Virus record (IMG/VR): IMGVR_UViG_3300018475_001475
Origin: a virus
Lineage: Duplodnaviria; Heunggongvirae; Uroviricota; Caudoviricetes
Reading direction: 5' to 3' (one strand)
DNA: 64,000 nucleotides
Below are positions 8,592 to 17,854 of this stretch, piece after piece (position 1 is the first letter of the stretch; every line of letters starts with the position of its first letter). The notes beneath the pieces are model-generated. The model searched no databases. It was not told where the DNA came from and saw only the letters and a list, made by a program, of their open reading frames with translations. The position numbers and the translations under genes are program-made.

Positions 8592-9398
8592 ATGATTAAG
8601 TTAGATGGTAAAATAGTGCACCAAGAGCATTTTCCAGACAATTCGCTGAGAATTGAACCAATCAATGACAATAGTTTCGATCTATCTTTTATGGGAATGA
8701 CATCAATTCCTAAAAGAATTACTTGGCACTATGAAAGCGATGCTGAATTGTTCACTGTAATTTGTCTAAGAAAGCATTTTGCAAATAAGGAAATGATTTT
8801 GGAAATGCCTTATTGTCCGCACGCTCGCATGGATCGAGTAAAGAACAACAATGAATTCTTTACACTAAAGCATTTTGCAGACGTCATTAATAGTCTTGAC
8901 TTCTCTGAGGTAAAAATTTATGATCCTCACAGCAATGTATGTACTGCGCTAATTAATAATGTAAAAGTAATACCTACATATAATGAGGTTCAAAAAGCTC
9001 TTAAGACAATTGGCTCAACCAATTTAGTTGCATTTTATCCTGATGAAGGGGCCATGAAGCGTGGCACTAGCTATTTGACTGGAGCATATGCGTTTGGTAT
9101 TAAAAATCGTGATTGGCAGACCGGTAAGATTTTAGGACTAGAGCTAATAAATAAGGAAGTTGTAAATGCGAGAGATGTTTTGATTATTGATGATATCTGT
9201 TCTCGTGGAGGTACATTCCTACATTCTGCTAAGGCACTCAAAGAAGCCGGTGCCAGAAAAATTTACCTGTACGTAACTCACTGCGAAAATACAATCCTGG
9301 ATGGTGAGCTACTTACCAGCGGCCTAATTGAAAAGGTATACACAACAAATAGTATTTTTACCAAAGGACATGAAATGATTGAGGTATTCGAACTATGA
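8592..9398 (+). CDS. prs: ribose-phosphate pyrophosphokinase (PRPP synthetase)-like
   Basis: DPHS motif and PRPP-binding loop VLIIDDICSRGGT. Confidence 0.75.
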   Translation: MIKLDGKIVHQEHFPDNSLRIEPINDNSFDLSFMGMTSIPKRITWHYESDAELFTVICLRKHFANKEMILEMPYCPHARMDRVKNNNEFFTLKHFADVINSLDFSEVKIYDPHSNVCTALINNVKVIPTYNEVQKALKTIGSTNLVAFYPDEGAMKRGTSYLTGAYAFGIKNRDWQTGKILGLELINKEVVNARDVLIIDDICSRGGTFLHSAKALKEAGARKIYLYVTHCENTILDGELLTSGLIEKVYTTNSIFTKGHEMIEVFEL

Positions 9399-10879
9399 CA
9401 ATTAATATTATGATGATGCTTTTTTCGGATACATATAAGCACACTCATCCTCGTATGTATCCTCGTAAAGAACCATTTAAAATGAAGAAGCTAGTTTCTT
9501 ATTTAACAGCACGTAAGAATATGTCCCCTGCATTTCCTACAATGGTATTTGTTGGTATGCAGCCATTTCTAATGAATTATCTTATTGATGGTTTCAACAA
9601 TCAATTCTTTGATCGGCCTTTGTGTGATGTAGAAGCAGAATATAAGCATTACATGGACATCCAGGTTGGTGTTGCTAATGTTGAGTGGGATGAAATTGCA
9701 GCACTACACGAACTTGGCTATTTGCCTCTTGAGATTCGTGCTTTACCTGAGGGCTCTGTGGTAAACATGGGTATTCCTGTGGTTGAAATGACTAATACTC
9801 ATCCCGATTTCGCATGGGTTGTTCAGTGGGTTGAATGTATTTTGCAGGCTGAACTGTGGGCTCCCTGTGCATACGCAACTATCGGCAAGGCGTATCATGA
9901 GCTAGCTGATAAGTACTATAAGGATACCACAGATGGCGCTGACCCCTTCATGGCCATGGCAGACTTCGGTATGCGTGGCATGTCTTGTATCGAGGATTCT
10001 ATTCGAGCATCTGCATCGTGGCTGCTAAGTTTCAACAAAACTTCCACTATTCCCGCTCTGCCGTATATTGATAAATATTATCATGCTGATTGTGCAAAAA
10101 ATGGTATTGGACGTGGCGCTGTCTCTACGGAACATTCTGTCATGGGTGCCAACTTCGCTATCGATGGCGATGAGATCACTTTCGTCAAGAGACTACTAAC
10201 CGAACTCTATCCTAATACATCTTTCTCTATGGTATCCGATACATACGACTACTGGAATATGGTCAACAATATTATTCCTGCTTGTAAGGATGAAATCATG
10301 GCACATAATGGTAAACTGTTAATTAGACCCGACTCTGGTGATATGCTCACTATTTCTATTCGTACCATTGAGAAGCTGTGGGAAGTATTTGGAGGCAGTA
10401 TTAATGCTAAAGGCTATAAGGAACTTGATCCTCATATTGGCCTGATTTATGGTGACGGTTGTACATTGAACCGTGTAGCTGATATTTATCGAACTCTTAA
10501 GGAACGTGGCTTTGCAGCGAATAATGTCGTGTTTGGCGTTGGAGCCTTCTGTTTCCATGCCATGTTTGATGTTGGCGGCAAAATGACCGTTATTACACGT
10601 GATACTTTTGGTATGGCGATGAAGGCTACATACGGTGAATTTGGTGACAAGAAGTTGTTTATCTATAAGGATCCAAAGACCGACGAAGGTAATCTAAAGA
10701 AAAGTCATAAGGGATGTTGTATGGTTAGAATGGACAACAAAAACGGTAGATATTTGTGTATGGACAAATTCGAAGGTTGGGTTCCTGATCATATGACAGC
10801 CCTGGAGACGGTCTTTAAGGATGGTAAGATGATTAAGAGCTATGACTTTATGGACATTCGGAGGAGAATGTATGGTTAA
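9395..10879 (+). CDS. nadV: nicotinamide phosphoribosyltransferase (NadV/NAMPT family)
   Basis: Colinear matches to NAMPT blocks: IRPDSG, KGYK, GDG, VFGVGA, KDPKTDEGNLKKSHKG, VFKDGKMIKSYDFMDIRRR. Confidence 0.85.
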   Translation: MTINIMMMLFSDTYKHTHPRMYPRKEPFKMKKLVSYLTARKNMSPAFPTMVFVGMQPFLMNYLIDGFNNQFFDRPLCDVEAEYKHYMDIQVGVANVEWDEIAALHELGYLPLEIRALPEGSVVNMGIPVVEMTNTHPDFAWVVQWVECILQAELWAPCAYATIGKAYHELADKYYKDTTDGADPFMAMADFGMRGMSCIEDSIRASASWLLSFNKTSTIPALPYIDKYYHADCAKNGIGRGAVSTEHSVMGANFAIDGDEITFVKRLLTELYPNTSFSMVSDTYDYWNMVNNIIPACKDEIMAHNGKLLIRPDSGDMLTISIRTIEKLWEVFGGSINAKGYKELDPHIGLIYGDGCTLNRVADIYRTLKERGFAANNVVFGVGAFCFHAMFDVGGKMTVITRDTFGMAMKATYGEFGDKKLFIYKDPKTDEGNLKKSHKGCCMVRMDNKNGRYLCMDKFEGWVPDHMTALETVFKDGKMIKSYDFMDIRRRMYG

Positions 10880-11333
10880 GATTATTGACGGCAATGTATT
10901 TGACTCGACAGCAAATATCATTTGCCACCAGTGCAATTGCCAAGGTGTTATGGGCTCTGGAGTTGCCGCAGAAGTTAAGAAGAGATACCCGCATGTCTTT
11001 CAGAAGTATAGACAAGATTATCTTGATGGCAAACTAGAACTTGGATATGTATGCTTCGCAACAGCAAAACAAGATCAGGTAATTGCTAATATGTGCGGAC
11101 AGGATCTGTTTGGCTACAACGGTTCTATGTATACAAATTATGACAAGCTCCAGGATTGTCTTAATAGGGTCAAGGAGTACGCAATGTTTGATTATGATGT
11201 AAAACCTGTTATTGCACTACCGTACATGATGTCGTGCTGCAGAGGCGGAGGCGACTGGAATGTGGTATACAAGATGATCGAAGATACATTCGAGGATTTT
11301 GACGTTGAAATTTGGAGGTTTGACAATGGATAA
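10872..11333 (+). CDS. macrodomain protein (TARG1/OARD1-like ADP-ribose binding/hydrolase fold)
   Basis: GNVFD...ANIICHQCNCQGVMGSGVAAEV and C-terminal SCCRGGGDW parallel the TARG1-like gene at 13420; GGAGG RBS; overlaps nadV stop. Confidence 0.6.
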   Translation: MVKIIDGNVFDSTANIICHQCNCQGVMGSGVAAEVKKRYPHVFQKYRQDYLDGKLELGYVCFATAKQDQVIANMCGQDLFGYNGSMYTNYDKLQDCLNRVKEYAMFDYDVKPVIALPYMMSCCRGGGDWNVVYKMIEDTFEDFDVEIWRFDNG

Positions 11334-12075
11334 TTTTGATGCAATTAAAGTAAAAAACGATATTATTAAATGGATTTCAGATTGGTTCTCTATTAATGGT
11401 CCAGACTGTAATGTGGTATGTGGAATCAGTGGCGGAAAGGATAGTTCTGTTGTAGCGGCGTTATGTGTAGAGGCGCTTGGCAAAGATAGAGTAATCGGAG
11501 TTCTGATGCCGCAGAACACTCAGTCTGACATTGATGATAGCTATGCAGTAGTTAAACACTTAGGCATTAAGCATAAAGTAATTAATATTGGACCAGTTGT
11601 TGATATGATGCTACTTCAATTGTCTATGTTTGGCGAAATGGAAATCTCCGAACAGACAAAGATTAACCTACCTCCTAGAATCCGTATGACAACACTCTAT
11701 GCAGTGTCTCAGAGTGTGAACGGCAGAGTCGCCAATACTTGCAACCTGTCCGAAGATTATATTGGTTACAGCACTCGTTGGGGAGATAGTGTTGGAGATT
11801 TCGCACCTTTGGCAAATCTAACAAGCGAAGAAGTTGTTGCAATTGGAGACGCTTGTGGATTACCTTATGAACTCACTCACAAAACTCCTTCTGATGGTCT
11901 GTGCGGGAAAACCGATGAAGACAACTTCGGTTTTACATATGAAGCACTAAATAAGTATATTCGCACTGGGATTTGCGAAGATGAAGAGGTAAAGGCAAAG
12001 ATTGATGCTATGCATGAAAAGAACATATTCAAGTTGATGCCAATTCCGACCTTTAGCTACGAGGTGCATAAATGA
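11326..12075 (+). CDS. nadE: NH3-dependent NAD+ synthetase
   Basis: PP-loop GISGGKDSS; length and layout of NadE; GGAGG RBS. Confidence 0.85.
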   Translation: MDNFDAIKVKNDIIKWISDWFSINGPDCNVVCGISGGKDSSVVAALCVEALGKDRVIGVLMPQNTQSDIDDSYAVVKHLGIKHKVINIGPVVDMMLLQLSMFGEMEISEQTKINLPPRIRMTTLYAVSQSVNGRVANTCNLSEDYIGYSTRWGDSVGDFAPLANLTSEEVVAIGDACGLPYELTHKTPSDGLCGKTDEDNFGFTYEALNKYIRTGICEDEEVKAKIDAMHEKNIFKLMPIPTFSYEVHK

Positions 12076-12356
12076 CAACTAAAAGCTTTATCATTAAAAC
12101 CGTAACGAAAATTATCATATACGCGATCATCTCAACAATTGCACTAAGTATTCTAGAAAGTCCCATTATCACCAATGAAATTGCTATGGGCCAGATGGAA
12201 AACAGCAATGAGCTATATATGTTAATGGAAGCTTATAACAGGCTTCGCCACTTTATTTCAATCATTTATGGTTGTATCACCGCACTATTTGCAGGAACAA
12301 TCATTGGTGATACATACAAATTTCTTAAAACAAAAATCAACAAAGGAGAAAATTAA
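12072..12356 (+). CDS. small membrane protein
   Basis: Two hydrophobic helices; GAGGTG RBS; start overlaps nadE stop. Confidence 0.45.
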   Translation: MTTKSFIIKTVTKIIIYAIISTIALSILESPIITNEIAMGQMENSNELYMLMEAYNRLRHFISIIYGCITALFAGTIIGDTYKFLKTKINKGEN

Positions 12357-12358
12357 TT

Positions 12359-13300
12359 ATGAAGAAGATTATCGCACTCGTACTAATGCTTGCTCTGACC
12401 TGCTGCCTGTTTACCGGCTGTCGCAGACCTTATGACAAGCCCGAATTCGTCACCATTGAAGCATCTCAGACCGCATTCCTAGTGCCTCTAGTTGGTGATA
12501 GCTCCAATCAGTCTGCATTTGAATCCGAAGAAATGCTATTAGAAGCAAAAGTCGCCACCAAGGAAATCCAGATCCCTCACCGCTGGGTACAGACTGGTCG
12601 TCGCCACTGGATGGGCCATTGGCGTGCAAGCGCAACTCTAATTGTTGTTGAGCGTAAGCCCGTATCTCGTTCCTGGGAATCCGGTAGTTCTTCCGCCGAT
12701 TCCGCCAACCGCGCAATCTTTGGCGGCAGCTCTGACAATATTGGCATCTATGTTGGTATGAACTGCACCGCTATGATCGAGGAAAAGGACGCCGCAAAGT
12801 TCCTATATCGTTATAACAACACTCCCCTGGAAACTATCATTGACACCGACATTAAGAAACTGGTTGAAGATCGCTTTAATGTAGAGACTGCTAAGTATAC
12901 TTCTACTGAGCTGGGTGCTAAGAAGGGCGAGATTATGGAGGCCGTAAAGGCTTATGTGGTTCCTTACTTCAAGGAATATGGCATCACCATTACTGTTCTG
13001 GGTCTGAAGGAAGACATTTCTTATGAGAATCCTGAGATTCAAAAGGCCATTGATGCTAAGTTTGCATCTGAACAGGAACTAGTGATTCAGCAGAATAAGA
13101 ACGAAGCAAGCATTGCTAAGGCAGAAGCTGAAGCAAAGTCTATGATTATGCTTGCTCAAGCGCAGGCTGAGGCGAACGAACTGCTAGCAAATTCTATCAC
13201 CGATAAAATTCTTGCTAAGATGTATTACGAAAAGTGGAATGGCGTGCTGCCCCAGTTCTATGGTGCAGAAGACGCTCTAATTGAGATTCCCGCAGCGTAA
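12359..13300 (+). CDS. lipoprotein with SPFH/band-7-like C-terminal coiled coil
   Basis: Signal peptide + lipobox LFTGC; Ala/Glu-rich C-terminal heptads AKAEAEAKSMIMLAQAQAEANELLA. Confidence 0.5.
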   Translation: MKKIIALVLMLALTCCLFTGCRRPYDKPEFVTIEASQTAFLVPLVGDSSNQSAFESEEMLLEAKVATKEIQIPHRWVQTGRRHWMGHWRASATLIVVERKPVSRSWESGSSSADSANRAIFGGSSDNIGIYVGMNCTAMIEEKDAAKFLYRYNNTPLETIIDTDIKKLVEDRFNVETAKYTSTELGAKKGEIMEAVKAYVVPYFKEYGITITVLGLKEDISYENPEIQKAIDAKFASEQELVIQQNKNEASIAKAEAEAKSMIMLAQAQAEANELLANSITDKILAKMYYEKWNGVLPQFYGAEDALIEIPAA

Positions 13301-13310
13301 AAAAATATAC

Positions 13311-13341
13311 GGGCCACGGCAAAACTGTGGCCCGCTTTTTG
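13311..13341 (+). terminator. rho-independent terminator
   Basis: GGGCCAC-N9-GTGGCCC stem followed by GCTTTTT. Confidence 0.6.
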
Positions 13342-13355
13342 TTAATATTGCACAA

Positions 13356-13384
13356 TTGACAAATGAAGATTAGTATGATAATAT
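13356..13384 (+). promoter_or_regulatory. sigma-A-type promoter TTGACA-N17-TAATAT followed by ACGATACAAAATTAAT (13386-13401) and AAGGAAG
   Basis: Hexamers at 13356-13361 and 13379-13384. Confidence 0.55.
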
Positions 13385-13419
13385 AACGATACAAAATTAA
13401 TAAAAGGAAGAAACAACAT

Positions 13420-13845
13420 ATGACTATTACTATTGAAAAGAAGGATCTATTTACTGTGCCACAGGGCTACTATCTCGCCCATTGCGTATCGTCCGACTTT
13501 GCCCTTGGAGCTGGAATCGCAAAGGTTTTTGATGAGGTGTACAATATGCGGTCTAAGCTCTTTAAGAATTATCCAAACTATGTATACAGTGGCGGTGACG
13601 CTCTGCTGGTTGATAATGTTTTTAACCTTGTAACCAAACAGAAGTATTATCACAAACCCACTTACGAATCTCTGAGAGAGGCTCTTGAGACGATGAGAGA
13701 GCATCTAGAGCTCCTTGATGTGACGAAACTGGCAATGCCGAAGATTGCATCGGGCCTTGATCGTCTTAATTGGAATCTGGTATATGATATTATTTGCGAA
13801 ACTTTTGAAGAAACCGACATTGATATTGTGATTTGCGAACTTTAA
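13420..13845 (+). CDS. TARG1/OARD1-like macrodomain, putative ADP-ribosyl glycohydrolase
   Basis: Near-colinear with human TARG1 as I recall it: KDLF...YLAHCVSSDFALGAGIAKVF, HKPTYESL, LAMPKIASGLDRLNW, ETDIDIVICEL. Confidence 0.8.
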   Translation: MTITIEKKDLFTVPQGYYLAHCVSSDFALGAGIAKVFDEVYNMRSKLFKNYPNYVYSGGDALLVDNVFNLVTKQKYYHKPTYESLREALETMREHLELLDVTKLAMPKIASGLDRLNWNLVYDIICETFEETDIDIVICEL

Positions 13846-13860
13846 TTGGAGGCTATAACA

Positions 13861-15078
13861 ATGGAAGTACGGCCCACATATTTGATTATGACTACAGCAG
13901 CAAATAACAACAAATATTATAACATTTTTCCAGAGGGCGACAGACTTAGAGTGGAGTACGGAAGGATTGATGCAACCAAGACAACCACATATTATCCAAT
14001 TTCTAAATTTGAAACACAGGTGAAATCAAAGATCAAGAAAGGCTACGTTGACGTAACCGATTTGAAGAAAGACCTTGTGCAAGAAATCTCCACTGCAAAC
14101 CCTGAAAGTCCTTACAAAGAAATTGAGAACGCAGCAATTAAAGCAATTGTTGACAAGCTGCATGCTATGGCCCGTGAAACAATTCAGAAAAACTACACCG
14201 TTAAGGCTTCTGCGGTTACTCATGACATGGTTGATGCTGCACAGAAAATTATTGATGACCTAGCCAACAGCAGCTCAACCGTAGAAGAATTTAATGCGAA
14301 TCTACTAAAGCTGTTCACTGTAATTCCTAGAAAAATGGGCAACGTAAGAGACTATCTTTCTAACAAGGCGGAAGACTTTGCTCGCATTATTTCTAAGGAG
14401 CAGGATCTACTGGACGTTATGCGTGGCCAGATTTATGTTAAGCCCGACAACGAACCCGTTGAGGCTGTGGAGAAGAAGCAGCAGACTATTCTTGAAGAAC
14501 TTGGTCTTGTCATGGAAGAGACTACTGAAGATGATGTTGCTATGATTAAGAGTTTGATGAACGAGTCTGCTGGAAAGTTTAGAAAGGCTTGGAGAGTTAC
14601 TAATCTGAAGACCCAGGAGCGCTTTGATAAGTTTGTTCAGGAGAATGATATTAAGGACACGAGACTATTCTTCCATGGTAGTAGAAGTGAAAATTTCTGG
14701 TCAATTATCAAAATGGGTCTTGTATTAAGACCTACAAACGCCGTAATTACAGGAAAAATGTTTGGATTTGGTTCGTATTTTTCGAACAAGTGCGCAAAGA
14801 GTATTGGTTATACTTCACTGTCTGGTTCTTATTGGGCACATGGCGGAAACAACATCGCGTATATGGCATTGTTTGATGTAGCCTATGGTACTCCTTATGA
14901 TGTCTACAATTTTGACAGCAAGTATTACAACCTTGATTATAATAAGCTTCAGCAGTTTAAGCCTGGGGCTAACTGTCTGCACGCACATGCTGATAGAGGA
15001 ATGTTGAGAAACGATGAGATTGTTGTTTACAAGGAAGAGCAGATGACTATTAAGTATCTAATTGAGATTGGTAATTGA
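13861..15078 (+). CDS. PARP-like ADP-ribosyltransferase (WGR domain + helical region + H-Y-E catalytic domain)
   Basis: FFHGSRSENFWSIIKMGL...ITGKMFGFGSYFS...NDEIVVYKEEQMTIKYL matches PARP1 HGS/GxGxYFA/YNEYIVY blocks; N-terminal YGRIDA WGR-like segment; GGAGG RBS. Confidence 0.8.
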   Translation: MEVRPTYLIMTTAANNNKYYNIFPEGDRLRVEYGRIDATKTTTYYPISKFETQVKSKIKKGYVDVTDLKKDLVQEISTANPESPYKEIENAAIKAIVDKLHAMARETIQKNYTVKASAVTHDMVDAAQKIIDDLANSSSTVEEFNANLLKLFTVIPRKMGNVRDYLSNKAEDFARIISKEQDLLDVMRGQIYVKPDNEPVEAVEKKQQTILEELGLVMEETTEDDVAMIKSLMNESAGKFRKAWRVTNLKTQERFDKFVQENDIKDTRLFFHGSRSENFWSIIKMGLVLRPTNAVITGKMFGFGSYFSNKCAKSIGYTSLSGSYWAHGGNNIAYMALFDVAYGTPYDVYNFDSKYYNLDYNKLQQFKPGANCLHAHADRGMLRNDEIVVYKEEQMTIKYLIEIGN

Positions 15079-15090
15079 GGAGTGTTTTGA

Positions 15091-17046
15091 GTGAATAAAA
15101 TTGACAGAATTAAAGAACTTGTAGAACTATTAAATCATTACAGAAATGAGTATTATAATAATTCTAGGAGTGAGATCTCAGACTTTGAATACGACAAGCT
15201 ATTTGATGAGTTAACATCGCTAGAATATGAAACAGGATTTATTATGGCTGTGTCGCCTACACAGACAGTTGGCTACGAGGTTAAGTCAGAGTTAAAAAAA
15301 GTAAAGCATAATCACCCCATGCTGTCACTAGACAAAACTAAAAGCGTAGACGATGTAATTAAATTTTTAAATGGTAAAGACGGCGTTATTATGGCAAAAG
15401 CAGATGGCTTAACATGCTCGCTTAGATATGTTAATGGTCATTTAATTTCTGCAGAGACCAGAGGTAATGGCGAAGTTGGCGAAGACATTTTGCACTGTGC
15501 CAAAACTATTAAAAACCTTCCGATAGAAATCAATTGTCTAGATGAAGTTATTGTTGATGGCGAAGTAATTATTACATATGATGATTTTGAAAAAATCAAT
15601 GAGGCGTTACCAGAGGGTCAAAAGTATAAGCATCCTAGAAATCTAGCGTCTGGATCTATCAGACAGCTTGACAGCAGTATTGCCGCACAGCGCAGCATGC
15701 AGTTTATCGCGTGGAAATTAGTTAAAGGCGGTATATATGATTCGTTTTGTTTGAATATTTTTCATATGTATTATCTTGGCTTTGATGTCATTGACTATGC
15801 GCCTATATCACATCGGATTAGACCAAAAGACATTAACATCTATATTTCTTGCATTAAAGATCATGCAAAGAACGCGGGAATCCCAATCGATGGATGTGTG
15901 TTTGGCTATGATGATATAGCTTATGGTGAATCTCTTGGAGCAACCGGGCACCACCTGCGGAGTCAGCTCGCTTTCAAATTTTATGACGAACTGTATCCAA
16001 CTAAATTACAATATATTGACTGGACTGTTGGCAAGTCTTCCCAGTTAACTCCAACTGCTGTATTTGAGACAGTAGAAATTGATGGAACTGATGTGTCAAA
16101 GGCATCGCTGCATAATATTAGTATTATTAAAAATCTTGGACTTACAAATGGATGTACTGTGAATGTGTTCAAAGCAAATCAGATTATTCCACAAATTGAT
16201 TCCTGTGAAAATGACGGTAATGGGGACATTGAAATTCCTACAACATGTCCTATTTGCGGTGGTTTGACGGCCATTAAAAAAGATAACGAGTCAGAAGTGT
16301 TAGTCTGCACAAATTCTGAATGCGCTGGAAAAAAGCTTGCACAATTTACCCACTTCGTTTCCAAGAAGGGCATGGATATTAAAAACCTGTCTGAAGCAAC
16401 GCTAGAAGTACTAATCTCGCATGGTTTTATACGAAAATTCGATGATATTTATTATCTTTCCAACCACTATGGTGACCTTGTTCATCTTGACGGGTTTGGC
16501 AAAAAATCTATCGATAATCTACTAAAATCCATAGATGATTCAAAAAACGTTAAGCTTGAGAATTTCATTGCCGCATTGGGTATTACTAATATTGGATTAT
16601 CTGCGGCAAAGACTATTTCTAAGGCATGCGATGGTGACTGGAATAAATTATGGGACATGTGGAATTATGAATATGATTTTACCAAGTTGGATGACTTTGG
16701 AGAAGTAATGGCAAATAATTTTGTAAAATATTTTGACACATATATTAACGACATTTCCGCTCTTGCCGACAGAATGAATTTTATTGTTGAAGAAAATAAG
16801 CCTGCTAGTAACAGCGTATTCACAGGAAAAACAATTTGCGTTACCGGAAAGCTGAATCATTTCACCAGAGATTCTATCAACGAAAAGATTACTTCCCTTG
16901 GCGCAAAAACAGCAGGCTCTGTCTCCAAGAAAACTGATTACTTGGTAACAAATGAGACTAGTGGATCTTCTAAATATAAGAAGGCTGTTGAGCTTAATAT
17001 CCCAATTATTACAGAGGACGAGTTTATTAAAATGTTGGAGGATTAA
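15091..17046 (+). CDS. ligA: NAD+-dependent DNA ligase
   Basis: KxDG adenylation motif KADGLT, four-Cys zinc finger (CPICGG...CTNSEC), C-terminal BRCT (FTGKTICVTGKL); GTG start after GGAG. Confidence 0.9.
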   Translation: MNKIDRIKELVELLNHYRNEYYNNSRSEISDFEYDKLFDELTSLEYETGFIMAVSPTQTVGYEVKSELKKVKHNHPMLSLDKTKSVDDVIKFLNGKDGVIMAKADGLTCSLRYVNGHLISAETRGNGEVGEDILHCAKTIKNLPIEINCLDEVIVDGEVIITYDDFEKINEALPEGQKYKHPRNLASGSIRQLDSSIAAQRSMQFIAWKLVKGGIYDSFCLNIFHMYYLGFDVIDYAPISHRIRPKDINIYISCIKDHAKNAGIPIDGCVFGYDDIAYGESLGATGHHLRSQLAFKFYDELYPTKLQYIDWTVGKSSQLTPTAVFETVEIDGTDVSKASLHNISIIKNLGLTNGCTVNVFKANQIIPQIDSCENDGNGDIEIPTTCPICGGLTAIKKDNESEVLVCTNSECAGKKLAQFTHFVSKKGMDIKNLSEATLEVLISHGFIRKFDDIYYLSNHYGDLVHLDGFGKKSIDNLLKSIDDSKNVKLENFIAALGITNIGLSAAKTISKACDGDWNKLWDMWNYEYDFTKLDDFGEVMANNFVKYFDTYINDISALADRMNFIVEENKPASNSVFTGKTICVTGKLNHFTRDSINEKITSLGAKTAGSVSKKTDYLVTNETSGSSKYKKAVELNIPIITEDEFIKMLED

Positions 17047-17048
17047 TT

Positions 17049-17300
17049 ATGAATGAACTATATTTTATGGGCTTAGATGTGGCCGCAGAAACTAAAACAC
17101 TAGTTAACTTCACCACATCTACGTGTACAGAAGGTATGACGGAATCTGAACTCAAGGCATACAACCTTGGTGTCAAGAATACTCTTGCAGCACTAAAGTC
17201 CGCGCTGGAAGATGAGGCTATTGTTGTTAATATTGATGGAATGGAAATTCCAACCGAGATGAACTTTGAAGATCTGAAAGATTATTTTTGTGAGGATTAA
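17049..17300 (+). CDS. hypothetical small acidic protein
   Basis: 83 aa, GGAGG RBS, start coupled to ligA stop. Confidence 0.45.
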   Translation: MNELYFMGLDVAAETKTLVNFTTSTCTEGMTESELKAYNLGVKNTLAALKSALEDEAIVVNIDGMEIPTEMNFEDLKDYFCED

Positions 17301-17302
17301 TT

Positions 17303-17788
17303 ATGGGAAATAATAATATCGTAAATAACTACTGTAGCACATTTACCCAAATTCTGAACGACGTGGTTAAGAAGTATGAAACCAATGTAAGCGTCATTAA
17401 GCAAACCGAAGAAACACTTACCGATGTCGAACACGAAATTGAACTTGGGAAAAATCAAGATATGTATCATGGTTATTTGTTATATAAGCAAATCAAAGAC
17501 CTTCGGATGAAGCGCAGACAGGCAAAAGATGAAAATGCTCTACTACAAGACATGTACGAATATATTAAAAGTCAACAAGGGCAGGCATTTAAAAGCAAGG
17601 TTCAGTCTATTCAAGGAAATTCCGCAAAGGTATATGAAGCCCAGGCTCGTAGAACATATACGCCTCGACAACTAAACAATTTAACAATTACAGACAAAAC
17701 GTGTGAAGTGAACCGCCCATTCGAAGATCTTTTGCGAGATTTTAAAAAGGAAAAGGTGACCATGCAGGGAGGCAAGCTCCGCAAGTGA
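17303..17788 (+). CDS. hypothetical protein (coiled-coil-rich)
   Basis: 161-aa ORF with GAGGA RBS. Confidence 0.5.
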   Translation: MGNNNIVNNYCSTFTQILNDVVKKYETNVSVIKQTEETLTDVEHEIELGKNQDMYHGYLLYKQIKDLRMKRRQAKDENALLQDMYEYIKSQQGQAFKSKVQSIQGNSAKVYEAQARRTYTPRQLNNLTITDKTCEVNRPFEDLLRDFKKEKVTMQGGKLRK

Positions 17789-17793
17789 CCACT

Positions 17794-17821
17794 TGACAAA
17801 ACAAAATTAATGTGTTATAAT
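17794..17821 (+). promoter_or_regulatory. sigma-A-type promoter TTGACA-N16-TATAAT; spacer contains ACAAAATTAAT
   Basis: Hexamers at 17794-17799 and 17816-17821. Confidence 0.55.
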
Positions 17822-17854
17822 AACCACGATCAAAAATTGAAAGGAGCGATCCAT

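Noticed and set aside
13433-13704. Alternate-frame ORFs overlapping the TARG1-like macrodomain gene
   Set aside because: The macrodomain frame has strong homology signal and an RBS; the overlapping frames have neither.
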